This document shows, in pieces, positions 21,681 to 35,367 of a stretch of 64,000 bases of DNA. The stretch is from positions 11,782,591 to 11,846,590 of the forward strand of contig CAJINV010000002.1 of the NCBI GenBank assembly GCA_905178155.1, in the 5' to 3' direction. Position 1 is the stretch's first letter, and every line of letters starts with the position of its first letter. Origin of the DNA: Amoebophrya sp. A120. Taxonomy: Eukaryota; Protista; Dinoflagellata. A model generated the notes under the pieces. That model was given only the letters and a program-made list of their open reading frames with translations, was not told the origin of the DNA and did not search any database. A program made the translations under genes and the position numbers.

Positions 21681-24556
21681 ATGCAACCTTTTGCTTGGGA
21701 TACTGAAGGGCAGACGGTGGAACAGCAGGAACACTACCGTTCGCAGCGGGAGCGGCACGAGCATCTTTCTGCGGCGGAACAGGCCGAGCTCGCGTGGTGG
21801 ACGAACCAGGCGCGGTCCGAGGGAGTGGTTTACCTTCCGCGGTCAGCGGTGAACCCAGACCTGTTTTACTGCCCGGAGCGGGGCTTCGAGGTCGCACAGC
21901 CGCTGGCGTGCACACTTTGCCGCAGTTTTAAGACCGACGACCCCATTCTGCTAGATGAGTCCGTGACGGCGATCCGGAAACACCTCGGCAAGAAGGAACA
22001 CAAGGAGCAGGTCGCCTTCCAGACGATGAAGCGATCGACAGGAGCAACGTCAAGCACGTCAACCGCGATCGTGTCCGTGGTCGGGCCGACTTTCGGAAAG
22101 TTGTGCAGGCCAAACGGGTCGTGGAAGAGGGGGGCGCACGGTCGCGATTTTGGACCCGCAGCGCGGGAGAAGTACCCGTTCATCGAGCTGAACCCATACA
22201 CCGAAATCACGGACCAGAGGGCCACAACGCGAAAGTATTTCCAATGCCCGGAAGTAGCGGTCTTGTGCTATCCGCGAAGGACCAAGGGCGCTGCGGCTTC
22301 GGCACAAAGTGAAATCAGTGCGGGCTCCAGTTGCGTGCGGCAGAGAAAAACACTAGCGGAAACAGAGAACGAGGAATCTGACGCGATTCATGAACTGCGG
22401 AGCGAAGAACCTGAAGCGGAGCTGGACGACGAGCAGGTTAAAGAAATAGTGTGTCGCCCCGCAGTGCCAGAACGGAATTCCGAAGGCACGAGGTTCTTCC
22501 CGCCGGCGTTTCGCAGGTATTTTTTGAACTTTCTGCTCATCCTCGAAATCGTGGCTGCCATTTTTTTCCACTTTATGTATAGCATGTAGTTTCTATGGGG
22601 TCGGTCCTCGTCCTCTGCTAGCATCGCAGTGGTATTTTTTCACTGTAACTTCGCAACTTCCGCTCTTCAAGCTCTCACATTCCCAGCTGGGTGGGCATAC
22701 CCATACCAGCATTTGCTGCAAGTAGCGCAAGCGCGGTCGTCGATGCGGCTAGATCGCTTTCTTTGTGTTTTTGTTGTGCAATTGCAACAAGAGTGCCCGG
22801 CAGATAAAGTGAAAGATGTTATATGGGAAATAATTGGTCCTCCTAGGTATCTTTCGCGCGTGGAGCTGCTCGACACGATCAAGAACTCGCCGGACCTGTT
22901 CCAGGACTCCAGTGACCCGGACACGATACACGAGTGGGTCGCCTTCGACGAGGAGTGCCGTCCGTACTGCAAGCTGTTATTACAGTGAAAAGTGCCCCCC
23001 ACCCCCAAAGTTGCAAAAATTTGTGATGCGAAGTTTCCAAATGAAAACTTTTTGTCATGCATGAAAGGAGTATGAATCTTTCTGATGCAGATTCTAGTCG
23101 TGTTTCGCATCGCTTTCATGACAAGCACCGCTCTTGCTGGGATCTTTTGCAATACAAATTTTTGCTATTCACGATCGGAAATCTGTGATGCTGATACATG
23201 CAAGAGGGCGAATGTTTCATTTGGAAAGGTTTGCAATACAAATGCTTTCAAGTTCGGGGGTGGGAGCATTTTTCATTGTAATAGCTGTGCTTCCAGTTTC
23301 ACGTGGCGCGCAAGGAGAAGACCGGCGAGGACCAGGACTACGCCGACGTGGCCCACTTTCCCTTGTTTGCGCCCGGCAGCTACGGGACCTCCGAGGATTA
23401 TCTTGCGATCCCCACGGACGACGAGGAGGATTCGGAGGCGTCGTCGTCCGGGTCGGAAACCGACGGCAGCAGCTCGGACGACGGCAGCAGCAGTTCGGAC
23501 CAGGAAGACGACGAGGAGTCGGAATCCGACCACGAAGTAGACCGTGGCGATGTACTGTTAAAGAAAGTAAAAACAAAAGCACAAGAAGTAGCACGAAAGA
23601 CGAGGGCGGGGGCGCGCAGGAGAAGCCCCACCTCATCGCTCGCTGCGCACTCGCGAAGCAATTTTCACAGTGCGGACAGGGGGGGAAAGCACGGTAGTGG
23701 GGCACCGACTGGGAGAGCGCGGCGCCGCTACGCCGAGAAGAAGTCCACCCGGCTCGAGCAGAGGCACTTTGCGCAGCCGAAGTACACGGAGCCGCGGATC
23801 TTCGTGCGCGGGGAGGTGGTCGAGGACGAGGTAACTTGCAAGAAGAAAGAAAAGCGGATGTCGCTAATCCAGAAACACATGAACTCCGAAGAGCACCGCA
23901 GGCGGGTCGTGGAGCTGAGCCAGCAAAAGCAGTGGAGCCTGGCCGGGAGCAACATCATGAGCTCGACGATGAACGAAGGCGCCCCCTGGCTCGTCCAAAG
24001 ACCCTGCTACGGCGCAAAGCTCGGGGTCAACAAGTATGTGCGGACCTGGTGCCTGTTGTGCAAAACACTTGCCCCAGAGGGAACGCACGGGGGCGCGCCC
24101 GATCCCGCGCGGTGCGAGGCAGCGCTGGACACCGCAACGCACATCGTTGCGCAGCAAGTAGGTAGCGCTGGCAGTTCCGGTCATGCAACCACGACGAAGG
24201 GGGCACTGATGCTGCAGAATGCGCAGAACCGAAACCAGAGGAAGGCACTGAAAGAGACTGCGAACAATGCACGACACGTGGAGCAGCTACAGGCGTACAA
24301 CACCAGCGAGGAGTACCAGCAAAACGTGCAGTCTGCCCGGACGCTCGTCGTTTTCTCGCTCCTTAAAATGGGCATTGTGTCGGTGGACTCCCTGGGACTG
24401 CAGCAGGGCGGCACGAAGGAAGAAATGGCGCGGCTGATCAGGGAGTGTGAGGAGAGTCTGGAAGAGGACGCGGCGGCCTACTTTGATCGGTGGTGGCAGA
24501 AGAAGTATTGCCAAATGATTGGCACGCACATCAAGGACGCCGCTGTGGAGGTATAA
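21681..24556 (+). CDS. Multi-exon protein with U1/matrin-type C2H2 zinc-finger motifs
   Basis: Motifs CTLC...IRKHLGKKEH, CKLC (restored across the introner)...QKHMNSEEH, and WCLLC. Built from ORFs 21522, 22629 and 23303; start and one intron are approximate. Confidence 0.6.
22978..23283. mobile_element. Introner-like TIR element, family B
   Basis: TIR TATTACAGTGAAAAGTGCCCCCCACCCCC / GGGGGTGGGAGCATTTTTCATTGTAATA. Direct repeat GCTGT. Removing 311 nt gives PYCKL-CFQFHVARK in frame. Confidence 0.9.
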
Positions 24557-26582
24557 TTCGCACTAAAATGCACCTGCAGTCTTTTTACAGTTTCTATGTG
24601 TGTTCTTGCGGTTGCGTCAGCGTTTTGTGAAAGCGTCAGAAATAACCGGTGACAGTAAGGCGGCACACTTGTAATAGCGGACTGGTACCGTTAAAGAACC
24701 CCTGGTACAGCTGTGAATTTCAGCTGATGTTGCGCCGTGACCAACGCAAGAGTTCGAAGAAGCGCATATACATAAAGGAGTAGTTGTAGTTGTGTTTTTC
24801 GTTTTGCTGTTCGTGTCATCGGAATAGGACGACTATATGTCGTGTGTCTTGCTTTGTAGTGATTGACATCTATAACTCCCTAAGGTACGGTACCAGCCGG
24901 AGATTGACTACTTTGCCGCAAAGCGGAAACAAGGCCAAGAGGAGCGGAAAAAGGCAAGACAGCTCGCGCAGCAGGAGCGCCACCACGGTAAGGGGCCGGG
25001 TTCTGGGCCTGCTCACACGAGGGGCGGAAGCAAGGGGAGCAACTTCATCACTTCCGGCTGGAAGCCCCCGAGCCAGTACGGTAAGGGTTGGGACAGCCGC
25101 GTCATGGTTAGTAAAGGCAGCGACCCGGCAGCGACGAATGTGGCAGGTCTTTCGCTGGGTACTAGGGATGCTGCTGCGAGGACGAAGCGGAGCGCAGGTT
25201 TCCAAGTTCCCAGGATCTCTGAGAAGTGAGCTTGATCACGACAGCACAGACGCGAGTGCGATAGATGCCAGTAAGAGCTCGTTCGTAGCCGCGGGGATGT
25301 TAGAGCAAAACGAAAACAAGAACAACACCCGTGACGCGCCGGCTACAAAAATGCTCTGTGTGACTTGTTCGCGCTTTTCAGCACTCTTGTGTAGATCAGG
25401 CTGTCATGCTGAAGTGTTTTTTTTTCTATATCTCGAACAGTTCAACTAGTGGCAGTAATTATACATCTGCAGCTCTCTGTTTTTCAGAAAATTACCAACC
25501 GCGGCGACAACGACACTAAGTAAGAGTATCGAAGAGGATAATTTGAGATGGGGACTACTTTACTTTGAATAGAGCAGCATTGTCATAATAAAATAGTCAG
25601 TGTCTATTCGTCAGACAATTCTTGAAATTGTTCACTTGAGCGCTCGATATATCAATGCGTTGTTTCTTCTTGATGCACAGACAGAGAAAAGCAAGCAGCT
25701 TAGCAAAAATGAGAGCGCCATCTAAACTCGGCCATTGTCTCAAATGCCTGCCATGCGGAGCGCTTGTGCAGGCTGTAGCGTTGCGGTCAGCTGCTAAGTT
25801 CATTAGAGATATTTTCTTTGATATACGAGTTACTCGAGCCTTTTTTGTCGGCATCAGAAACATGTGGTTTTCTAATTCTCAGGGTTTTGCTTATGGTTCG
25901 TGAATCTTTACCTTTTGGTTTGAGTCTTCTCGTTCTTTATATGCTTTGAAGTGCGCTTGTGCCGTCCTCTCCTTCATTGATCTTTTCATGGGAGTTTTGG
26001 AAATATTCAGTTCTGTCTTGCTTTTTCGTTTTTGCTGCAGCCGTAATAAAAAGTAGTGAAGGTGTTCGCTTTATTTCCTCCTGGAAGCTCGTTTTATGCG
26101 AGAGGATCTGTGTTCCTCTGCGTCAAATTAGTCCGTTCCTGGTTAGTCATTTACTTAGATGCTTCCGTTCCGTATGTGCCCTCACGACCACGGTTTGACT
26201 AGCCGTTTGATGCTCTGCAAAAAACAGGTAGAAACTTTTGCAAATTTTACCTCTTTGGCGGAGGTGGCAAAGCGAGGCTGCTTGCTTTCCGTGAGACGAC
26301 AAAGCTGTGCAACCTAGCGGCGTGACGATAATCAATCGGTGCAGGCACGAAGTCGGACACGTTTTCGTTTCGTTTTTGTTTTCAGGCCAAGTGGTGTCGG
26401 TTGCAGTTGTGAGGAAATTTGCAGAGTTTTGAAAATACGACTTCCCTAACCTCGAAGCGACAGCGAGCACACATGTTTTCTTTCTGTGTATGAAGCGCAA
26501 AGATCAAGAACGCGGATACTGATCAAGATATCGGTTCTATCATCTCAAGATAAGACGTGCCTTTTTCTAGGGCTTAAGTAAA

Positions 26583-26847
26583 TGAAAGTTTTTACGATAC
26601 ACGAGTGACCCCCGAGTGTATTGAGAACCACATCGCATATCGTTATTGAATGGAAAGTGTTTGTTCGAAGCATCTCGCTGGCAATCTCGATGCAAAGGGC
26701 TGAAACTGAACCGGATCTGTTGCACGCAATGTTTAACTGAGCTGCGGCTCAAGTCGCCAAAACAAATACACGCCTAGCAATTCTTTTTTTTGTTGAAACA
26801 AATCCGCGTGTTCGCCGCTGACAAGATCACTGCGCGTAGATCTTTCA
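26583..26847 (+). repeat. 5' LTR
   Basis: TGAAAG...CTTTCA; three substitutions seen relative to 47350-47614. Confidence 0.95.
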
Positions 26848-26848
26848 G

Positions 26849-26860
26849 TGGTAGCGGACA
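26849..26860 (+). promoter_or_regulatory. Primer-binding site candidate
   Basis: TGGTAGCGGACA begins 1 nt after the LTR; TGG is complementary to tRNA CCA. The cognate tRNA is not determined. Confidence 0.65.
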
Positions 26861-29800
26861 GCAGAGGTTACTATTCTCTGTATGGGGATCCAAGGGGATT
26901 AAAATCTAAACTAAGTAATGTATAAATAAAAGTAAAAAACTAAAGATCAAAATTTCGCAGTCAACTATAATAAAAATAACAACCACTAACCTAGCCAATA
27001 ACTCTCACCAAACAAACGCAAATCACAGCGGAAACTAATATGGAAAGAGCTTTTGACTTTGTACTTGCCTCAAGTATATCTAGAAAGCCTTTTTGTACAA
27101 AGCGACAACAAAATGAGCGACCTCAGTGGTGAATCTAGTTCTAGCATTATTGTGCCCTACACGCAGGAAGAGCGTGAATCTTACATCGACAAAATTGAAG
27201 AGCAGGCTTCTACTATCGACACTTTGAAGAAAGAAAAAGTCGAACTAGAGAAGAAAGTAAAGGCACTGGAAGCCACCTTAGACACTCGCGAAGAAGACGC
27301 AAGCCTTTTACTCTGCCGAGTTGCGCGCCTGGCTAAGGACCTCGCGCTGCAGGGTTTTCAGAAGCAAAACTGGAAGACTCTGCTGCAGGAAGTCACTAGC
27401 TTCGCGAAGTTAACTTTTTCTGCCACCGCCATTATCAATAGAAGCATCTGGTGGCTCCAGTCTTATCAGTAAAAGTGGCAACTTTTTGTGAAAAAGAAGA
27501 AGCTACCCTAGTGAATACTTTGCGGCTAAAAGTTATTGACTTAGAAGACGAAAGAGAACAGCTACGCAAGAGAAACTTATTTTTAGAAAAAAGAACTCAC
27601 GAACAAGAAACAGAGCGCAGAACCGAGAAGAAAGAGCTAGTAAAGCATTTAGGAGTTTCTTGGTTTGAAGGTCTGGAGTTGTGTCGAGTAATTTGTAGCA
27701 AGCTGCAGCCTAACTTTGGGACACTAGCTGAAGAAGTGCGCGAGTTTAGGAACAAACTATTCGAAAAGGTGCGAGTCATTATCAATTTCTAAAAAACAAA
27801 AAAACTAACGTCCTGTTGGCGTTGCGGCGGAGCAGATCACATCTTCCAACACTGTCCGCTCAGCGACCAACAGCGTGAAGGAGAACAAGTCGCGTCTTCA
27901 TCTCGACTACTAGAAGTGGAGCAGAAATTGCAAGAGACCAAGGAGCAGAGCGAAGATCTCAAGGCTGGACTGCAACAATTGCGCGACGAGAGTCAACAGC
28001 TAAAAACCATTGCCAGGCTGCACGAAGAAAAATTGCGAGTAATAAAACCGCAGGTAGCAGCTATTTGGGCAGCACACAGCACGGCGTTGCACATTTTTGA
28101 CGAGATTACTAACTGGAATCCAGAGCCGTCTGGTGAAGAATTATTTTCGGGATTGCAAGGACCTGAAGCTTCCTGATATCTACCGCGAGAACTAATGTCA
28201 AATCTTTTCCACTTCGACATCAGCAGCGCCTTTCTGCAACAACCTACTCCAGAAACAAAAAGGATTTACATGGAGGTAGTGCAGAAATTACGAGAAGCCA
28301 ACGACCATAGTCAGCGTCTTATTTTTGTACCAACACAGAGCAACTGTGCAGATTTGGCTTCTACACATTGGCACCGCATATGCAAAGGGCTTTTGGAAAA
28401 CAGTAATGGGGAGGAACAGCAAGAACCAGAAGCAGAGCCGCAGTCTACCAAAGGAGGAGGACAACAGCAGTGACTCTGGCGCTTCTTTGCTTTTTGTAGA
28501 CGACCTGCCGGAGAATTATCATCGTCTCAGTGAGTTTGAAAAACAGCAGGCGCAGGAGAAAAAGAAGTTGAACGAAGCAAGACAAAATCCGCACTATCAA
28601 CTAGAAGAAGTCCTCTATCGCAAGCAGCAGCTGAATAGGAAGAAGAGGAGGCAACTCAACGCAAAAAGAGGTCGCCAAGGTAAGAGGAGAAACAAACCTA
28701 GAAAAACAAAAGAGCAGAGGCTACAACGAAAAAGGGAGCAGGCAGAGCACGATTTGAGAAAGGAAGTGCTAGAAGAAAACGGCTGGGAGGTGAACGAGGA
28801 AAGTCTTCATCTAGTCTATCAAGCCGAACTGCAGCTGTCAAAAGGCGTGGACAGCAGTAGAGAGAACAAGTGGCAGTAAAAATGATTCCCACTCCAGTTC
28901 CTTCTGGGACGGAGACAGGCCAGACCTCTCCGGTGATAGATGATAACCAACCAGGGAGCAGGCTGGGCCGATCCATGGCGGACAACATGTTTGGCGGTTT
29001 GTCCGGCAGGATTGAGAGGGAGCTGGAAGCGCAAGCAGAAATTGCACCTGTGCCCGAAGAAAACGCGCTTGATGAGGATGATCTGGAACATTGCCGCGCG
29101 CTGCGTGATCGTCTGCATGCTCTAGAGAAACAACAAGCGACGCAGCGTGAAGCAGATGAGCAGAGCCAGGAAGTGGAACAGGACAGAGCGGCATCCTCGT
29201 CTTCGAAGAAAACTGTGCGTCGTGAGGGAGAGAGCAAGCGCTCGCGGCCGCTGACGGGTGGTAATCCGGTTGTAGAAGAGATTGTGATCGACTCGGATGA
29301 GGAGATGCCGCCGGTTTTGTTCGGGGATCTAGACGGATGGCAGAAAGACGAAAAGACTCAAGACCTGGCGCGGTCACTGTTGCAGAACCAACGGGACATT
29401 GTGATGGCAGGTGCAGAGATGCAGGCGGAGATCGATGACCTGGACACCGCAATGAAGGAGACCCGAGAGAAAATATTGGGCAACGAGGACGCAGTAAAAA
29501 AATTAGCCGCGGATAGCAATGCCACGGAAAAACAAGTGATGAAGATGTTTCAGGACGGAGACAGCAACATCTCCCAAGTCTTTGACAAAATTATGAGGCA
29601 GATGCTCATCGATGAACAGACCAACCTGCTGCGCGCAAAGCGAATAGAAGAAGAGGTGCTACGGCGCGAACAACTACGGGACGAGGAGAGCCGTAAAACA
29701 AACCAGAAGGCGGACAAGCTTGAGAAGGACATGGAGAAATCCAAGGAGACGCAGCTACAGACTCTGGACTTGGTCAAGAAAGTGTCGGACTCCAGAGCTG

Positions 29801-32800
29801 CCACTACTTCTGGTGCCACTTCGCGCGGTGGTCAGCAGCAGGAGCAGGAAAAACAAATTTACGATGTCGATGAGAAGACAGTTGATCCTGCAAGCAATTT
29901 GAAGCCTCCAACAACTAACGAAACGAGCAATCAACAACAAACAACTACCCAACAAAACCCGTATTGGGATTTAGTAGATGCGCTCGCGCGAAACGGTATG
30001 AGACCGGAGGAGGCGCGCAATTTTGCAAGGCAACAACAGCAGAACACGAGCAAAAATCAGGCAACTAGCAGCGATAGGGTGCCACCACCACCAGCACCCA
30101 GCTACACAGGTGGTGTTTACAACCCAAGCCAACAGTACAACAACAACCAAAGCTACAGCAATTTCGTGCAAGGCAAGGCCAACATGAGGCACGGTGGTCA
30201 ATACAACCCGCAGCGGCGCAACAGCTATGGTCCTAGTCGCACGGGCTCAGGAGCAGCGTCGCCTGTTTTGGAATATGCGGATGGGAGAACGGAGCGCGTT
30301 CCTTTGATTGCAAAAGCAGGACAGGTGCGTGTGGACGAGGTGCCGCACTCGCCGGAGGTGCGACAGCAGTTACAAGAAGCGGATGCGGGTTTGACCATGA
30401 CGGACCACGGGCTGGTTGGGGAGTTACCACTGTGGTCTTTCATTTTAGAATCGGAGCAGAAGCTGCTGGGGGATTATGTGGATCCAAAGAAGTTTGGTTC
30501 GATCCACGTCGACAAGTTGGAGTCAAAATTTACGGAGACGCCCTTTGCGCAGTGCCTCAAGCTGGCCAACCCGCTCAAAGAGTGGCACTTTCGCATCAGC
30601 ACGCTAGTAGCGGGGGCCCTGCAAAAGGGAAAAGTAGTTGCGGAGGTGCTGGAGTACTCGCTGGTGGCCACGATTATTTTCTTTGGACACGATGAAACGA
30701 AGAGACGAGAAATCTACGAGGCGGGCATCGTGGTGCGAAATGTCCTCCCCACGCACACACTGAGAGCTTATTTTAAAGCTCTCTTTGTTGTTTTCCCGGG
30801 AATGGGCACGGACATGACCCAGCTCATCCGCGAGTGGAGTATTGAGAAGGGTGACTGGCTGCGTACTCCGGGGAAAGAGGGGTGCTCGTTGCTCAAAGAA
30901 CTGGACCGGTTTAGAAGCGCAGCAGAGAGAGTTGATTTCTCGATGAAGCCGGTCTCAATCAAAAGTCGCATTCTGTTCTTATACGAACTGTGCCGCCGCG
31001 TACTCATCCCCAGGGAGTGTCAGAGCTTTATAATGCAATATAGTGGCACTCCGTTGATAACTTTTGAGCAGATCCACGACTGGGCGAAGCGTCACTCGAT
31101 GATGGCGGGGGTCAATGCCATCACCAGCCTGGACAGCAAGCAGAAGGCCCTGCCCAGTGGAGTTTACATGTTCGGTCAGATCCTGGAGCAGGAGGAGCAG
31201 TGTCCCGAAGTGGATGTAGTTCGCCCGCCGTATCCGAAATTTGGCCAGAAGACGACGACGACAGGAGCGTATCGGCTGAAGGAGGAGGATGCGAACTGCC
31301 ACAACTGCGGTGAAGAAAGATGGACACTTTGCTCGCAACTGCAAGAAGGGACCGATGTGTAAAACCTGCGGCGTGAAGAACCCGGGCCACAACTTTCGCA
31401 ACTGCCCCACGCTGGAAGGAAAAACCGAGGAAGAGCGCCGTGCTGTTGACCGAGTACACTTTGCCAAATTTGTCCGCAGGCACCGGAACAACGTGCACAA
31501 GCACTACAAGGGAAAGGGAAAAGCATCCGGCGTCACGAGCTTCAACCGCGGTAAAGGTGGTTACTCCGGTGGAAAGGGAGCTGGGGGCAAAGGCAGCAAA
31601 GGGTGGTCCTTGCAGGTGCGATCCATTGATCCGGAGGGCAACGCGTGGGAGGAGCACGAGTTGGAAAATGAAGACGACAGCCAGGATTTGCCCGGCTGGG
31701 AAGGAGATGACGAGGTGGACCTGACCCAGGAGCTAGATGAGGAACAGGTGAGCGCGGTTATTAACTCTGTCATGGGTCTTTTCTCTTGAGAGACCAGACG
31801 CGATGTCGAAAAACTCAAGCGTAAGTACAGAACCATTGGACGAAAGCGACGAGTTCGCGCACGTGGTGTTCGACGACGTGGATTGGAGTGCGGTGGTGGC
31901 CTCCATTTTCAAGGTGCGTAAATGTGAAGGGAGGTAGTGAAGCAACAACGCAGGCCAGCACACCCAAATCTACTTTGTCTTTCGCCATTGTACTGCTCTG
32001 GGGCCACGACTCGGGATTTAGTGGCTGGCTTTTTCTCGGGGTGAAGCGCTTGACGGAACTGGCCAGTCAATTTGGAAAATACAACATCAAAATTCCCGTT
32101 CAGAAAGTGAACTTGACCGCGGACACAGCAAACGGGAAGTGTAATTTGATTATGATGGCGCTAATGCCGATCATGAGCCACGACATGCAGCTGATCGGGG
32201 CGGAGCGGGCGACTGTAGTAGACGATGCTCTCTGGCCTGATCATGCCGCTTGTCTTGCAGGAGTGCAGTTTATCAGAAAATACCGGGCGGACTTGCTGAA
32301 CACGGAAGAAGCACTGGTGGTTAGGTGCAAAAACGGCTACGAGCAGGCATGGAATGGGGGTTATCGTTTTCCCATGCCGCTGCAGCAGTTCACCGAGAAC
32401 GCGTCGCACTTCATGCAGAAAAAACTTCAGGAGGGCCAATCTCTAGAGCTACAAGCTATGATGGTTGCTGTGAATCGAGAATTTTTTGAAAAGCAACAGC
32501 TGCACTTTATGAACGAGGCAAAAGTGCATCACTTTTGGGTGACCAGCATGGAGCTGCTGGAGCAGGAAAGTCTACCAGTTTGCCAGGTGGAGCAAGTCTG
32601 TGCAGTGGAGGACTTCGACTTTCCAAAGGTGATGGCTTTGCGGGAAGAAGCAGAGCAAGAAGCTGATAAACAATTTTGGAAAACGCTGCTGGACCCAAAG
32701 TCGAAGAAGAAGCCGACGCACGTGTAAAGAAGAATCCAGCAGTGTGTCACGGGGCCAATTCCAGCCAACAAGACGGACGTCAAGGCCTGTGTTCGAGTAG

Positions 32801-33598
32801 TAAGAAATCTGGACTGTTTCAGTGAGGTTTTCACGCGGACGGAAAATTTTACTAACCAAAATCAGTCCATCACGGGGCACGGTTTGGAAGCTGCAAATCG
32901 AGAAGCAAACCGCAAGCACTTTGAAAACACTCGCGCGCGGGGTGGACGCGTGGTTTCCCTGGCGGTGGACTATCTCTTTACGGCCGATCAAGCTCCGGAA
33001 AGTGCTGCCTTGATAGAAACTACCCCTCAGGCGAACGGGNNNNNNNNNNNNNNNNNNNNNNNNNNNNNNNNNNNNNNNNNNNNNNNNNNNNNNNNNNNNN
33101 NNNNNNNNNNNNNNNNNNNNNNNNNNNNNNNNNNNNNNNAAAGTGTTTGTTCGAAGCATCTCGCTGGCAATCTCGATGCAAAGGGCTGAAACTGAACCGG
33201 ATCTGTTGCACGCAATGTTTAACTGAGCTGCGGCTCAAGTCGCCAAAACAAATACACGCCTAGCAATTCTTTTTTTTGTTGAAACAAATCCGCGTGTTCG
33301 CCGCTGACAAGATCACTGCGCGTAGATCTTTCAGTGGTAGCGGACAGCAGAGGTTACTATTCTCTGTATGGGGATCCAAGGGGATTAAAATCTAAACTAA
33401 GTAATGTATAAATAAAAGTAAAAAACTAAAGATCAAAATTTCGCAGTCAACTATAATAAAAATAACAACCACTAACCTAGCCAATAACTCTCACCAAACA
33501 AACGCAAATCACAGCGGAAACTAATATGGAAAGAGCTTTTGACTTTGTACTTGCCTCAAGTATATCTAGAAAGCCTTTTTGTACAAAGCGACAACAAA

Positions 33599-35365
33599 AT
33601 GAGCGACCTCAGTGGTGAATCTAGTTCTAGCATTATTGTGCCCTACACGCAGGAAGAGCGTGAATCTTACATCGACAAAATTGAAGAGCAGGCTTCTACT
33701 ATCGACACTTTGAAGAAAGAAAAAGTCGAACTAGAGAAGAAAGTAAAGGCACTGGAAGCCACCTTAGACACTCGCGAAGAAGACGCAAGCCTTTTACTCT
33801 GCCGAGTTGCGCGCCTGGCTAAGGACCTCGCGCTGCAGGGTTTTCAGAAGCAAAACTGGAAGACTCTGCTGCAGGAAGTCACTAGCTTCGCGAAGTTAAC
33901 TTTTTCTGCCACCGCCATTATCAATAGAAGCATCTGGTGGCTCCAGTCTTATCAGTAAAAGTGGCAACTTTTTGTGAAAAAGAAGAAGCTACCCTAGTGA
34001 ATACTTTGCGGCTAAAAGTTATTGACTTAGAAGACGAAAGAGAACAGCTACGCAAGAGAAACTTATTTTTAGAAAAAAGAACTCACGAACAAGAAACAGA
34101 GCGCAGAACCGAGAAGAAAGAGCTAGTAAAGCATTTAGGAGTTTCTTGGTTTGAAGGTCTGGAGTTGTGTCGAGTAATTTGTAGCAAGCTGCAGCCTAAC
34201 TTTGGGACACTAGCTGAAGAAGTGCGCGAGTTTAGGAACAAACTATTCGAAAAGGTGCGAGTCATTATCAATTTCTAAAAAACAAAAAAACTAACGTCCT
34301 GTTGGCGTTGCGGCGGAGCAGATCACATCTTCCAACACTGTCCGCTCAGCGACCAACAGCGTGAAGGAGAACAAGTCGCGTCTTCATCTCGACTACTAGA
34401 AGTGGAGCAGAAATTGCAAGAGACCAAGGAGCAGAGCGAAGATCTCAAGGCTGGACTGCAACAATTGCGCGACGAGAGTCAACAGCTAAAAACCATTGCC
34501 AGGCTGCACGAAGAAAAATTGCGAGTAATAAAACCGCAGGTAGCAGCTATTTGGGCAGCACACAGCACGGCGTTGCACATTTTTGACGAGATTACTAACT
34601 GGAATCCAGAGCCGTCTGGTGAAGAATTATTTTCGGGATTGCAAGGACCTGAAGCTTCCTGATATCTACCGCGAGAACTAATGTCAAATCTTTTCCACTT
34701 CGACATCAGCAGCGCCTTTCTGCAACAACCTACTCCAGAAACAAAAAGGATTTACATGGAGGTAGTGCAGAAATTACGAGAAGCCAACGACCATAGTCAG
34801 CGTCTTATTTTTGTACCAACACAGAGCAACTGTGCAGATTTGGCTTCTACACATTGGCACCGCATATGCAAAGGGCTTTTGGAAAACAGTAATGGGGAGG
34901 AACAGCAAGAACCAGAAGCAGAGCCGCAGTCTACCAAAGGAGGAGGACAACAGCAGTGACTCTGGCGCTTCTTTGCTTTTTGTAGACGACCTGCCGGAGA
35001 ATTATCATCGTCTCAGTGAGTTTGAAAAACAGCAGGCGCAGGAGAAAAAGAAGTTGAACGAAGCAAGACAAAATCCGCACTATCAACTAGAAGAAGTCCT
35101 CTATCGCAAGCAGCAGCTGAATAGGAAGAAGAGGAGGCAACTCAACGCAAAAAGAGGTCGCCAAGGTAAGAGGAGAAACAAACCTAGAAAAACAAAAGAG
35201 CAGAGGCTACAACGAAAAAGGGAGCAGGCAGAGCACGATTTGAGAAAGGAAGTGCTAGAAGAAAACGGCTGGGAGGTGAACGAGGAAAGTCTTCATCTAG
35301 TCTATCAAGCCGAACTGCAGCTGTCAAAAGGCGTGGACAGCAGTAGAGAGAACAAGTGGCAGTAA
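33599..35365 (+). pseudogene. Extra ORF0 upstream of gag: coiled coil plus CCHC zinc knuckle, interrupted (duplicate at 27113-28879)
   Basis: ORFs 33937, 34402 and 34681 share one frame, broken by single TAA/TGA codons. CWRCGGADHIFQHC lies at 34300-34341. Two frameshifts link the flanking ORFs. Confidence 0.6.
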
Positions 35366-35367
35366 AA

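Noticed and set aside
24600-26580. Possible gene or decayed element in the intergenic region
   Set aside because: Only short ORFs without motifs; no terminal repeats recognised.
27790-32727. Stop-codon reassignment suggested by in-frame TAA/TGA in the retroelement
   Set aside because: Host genes have long stop-free ORFs and end in standard stops. CAA>TAA and TGG>TGA changes in a decaying element are sufficient.
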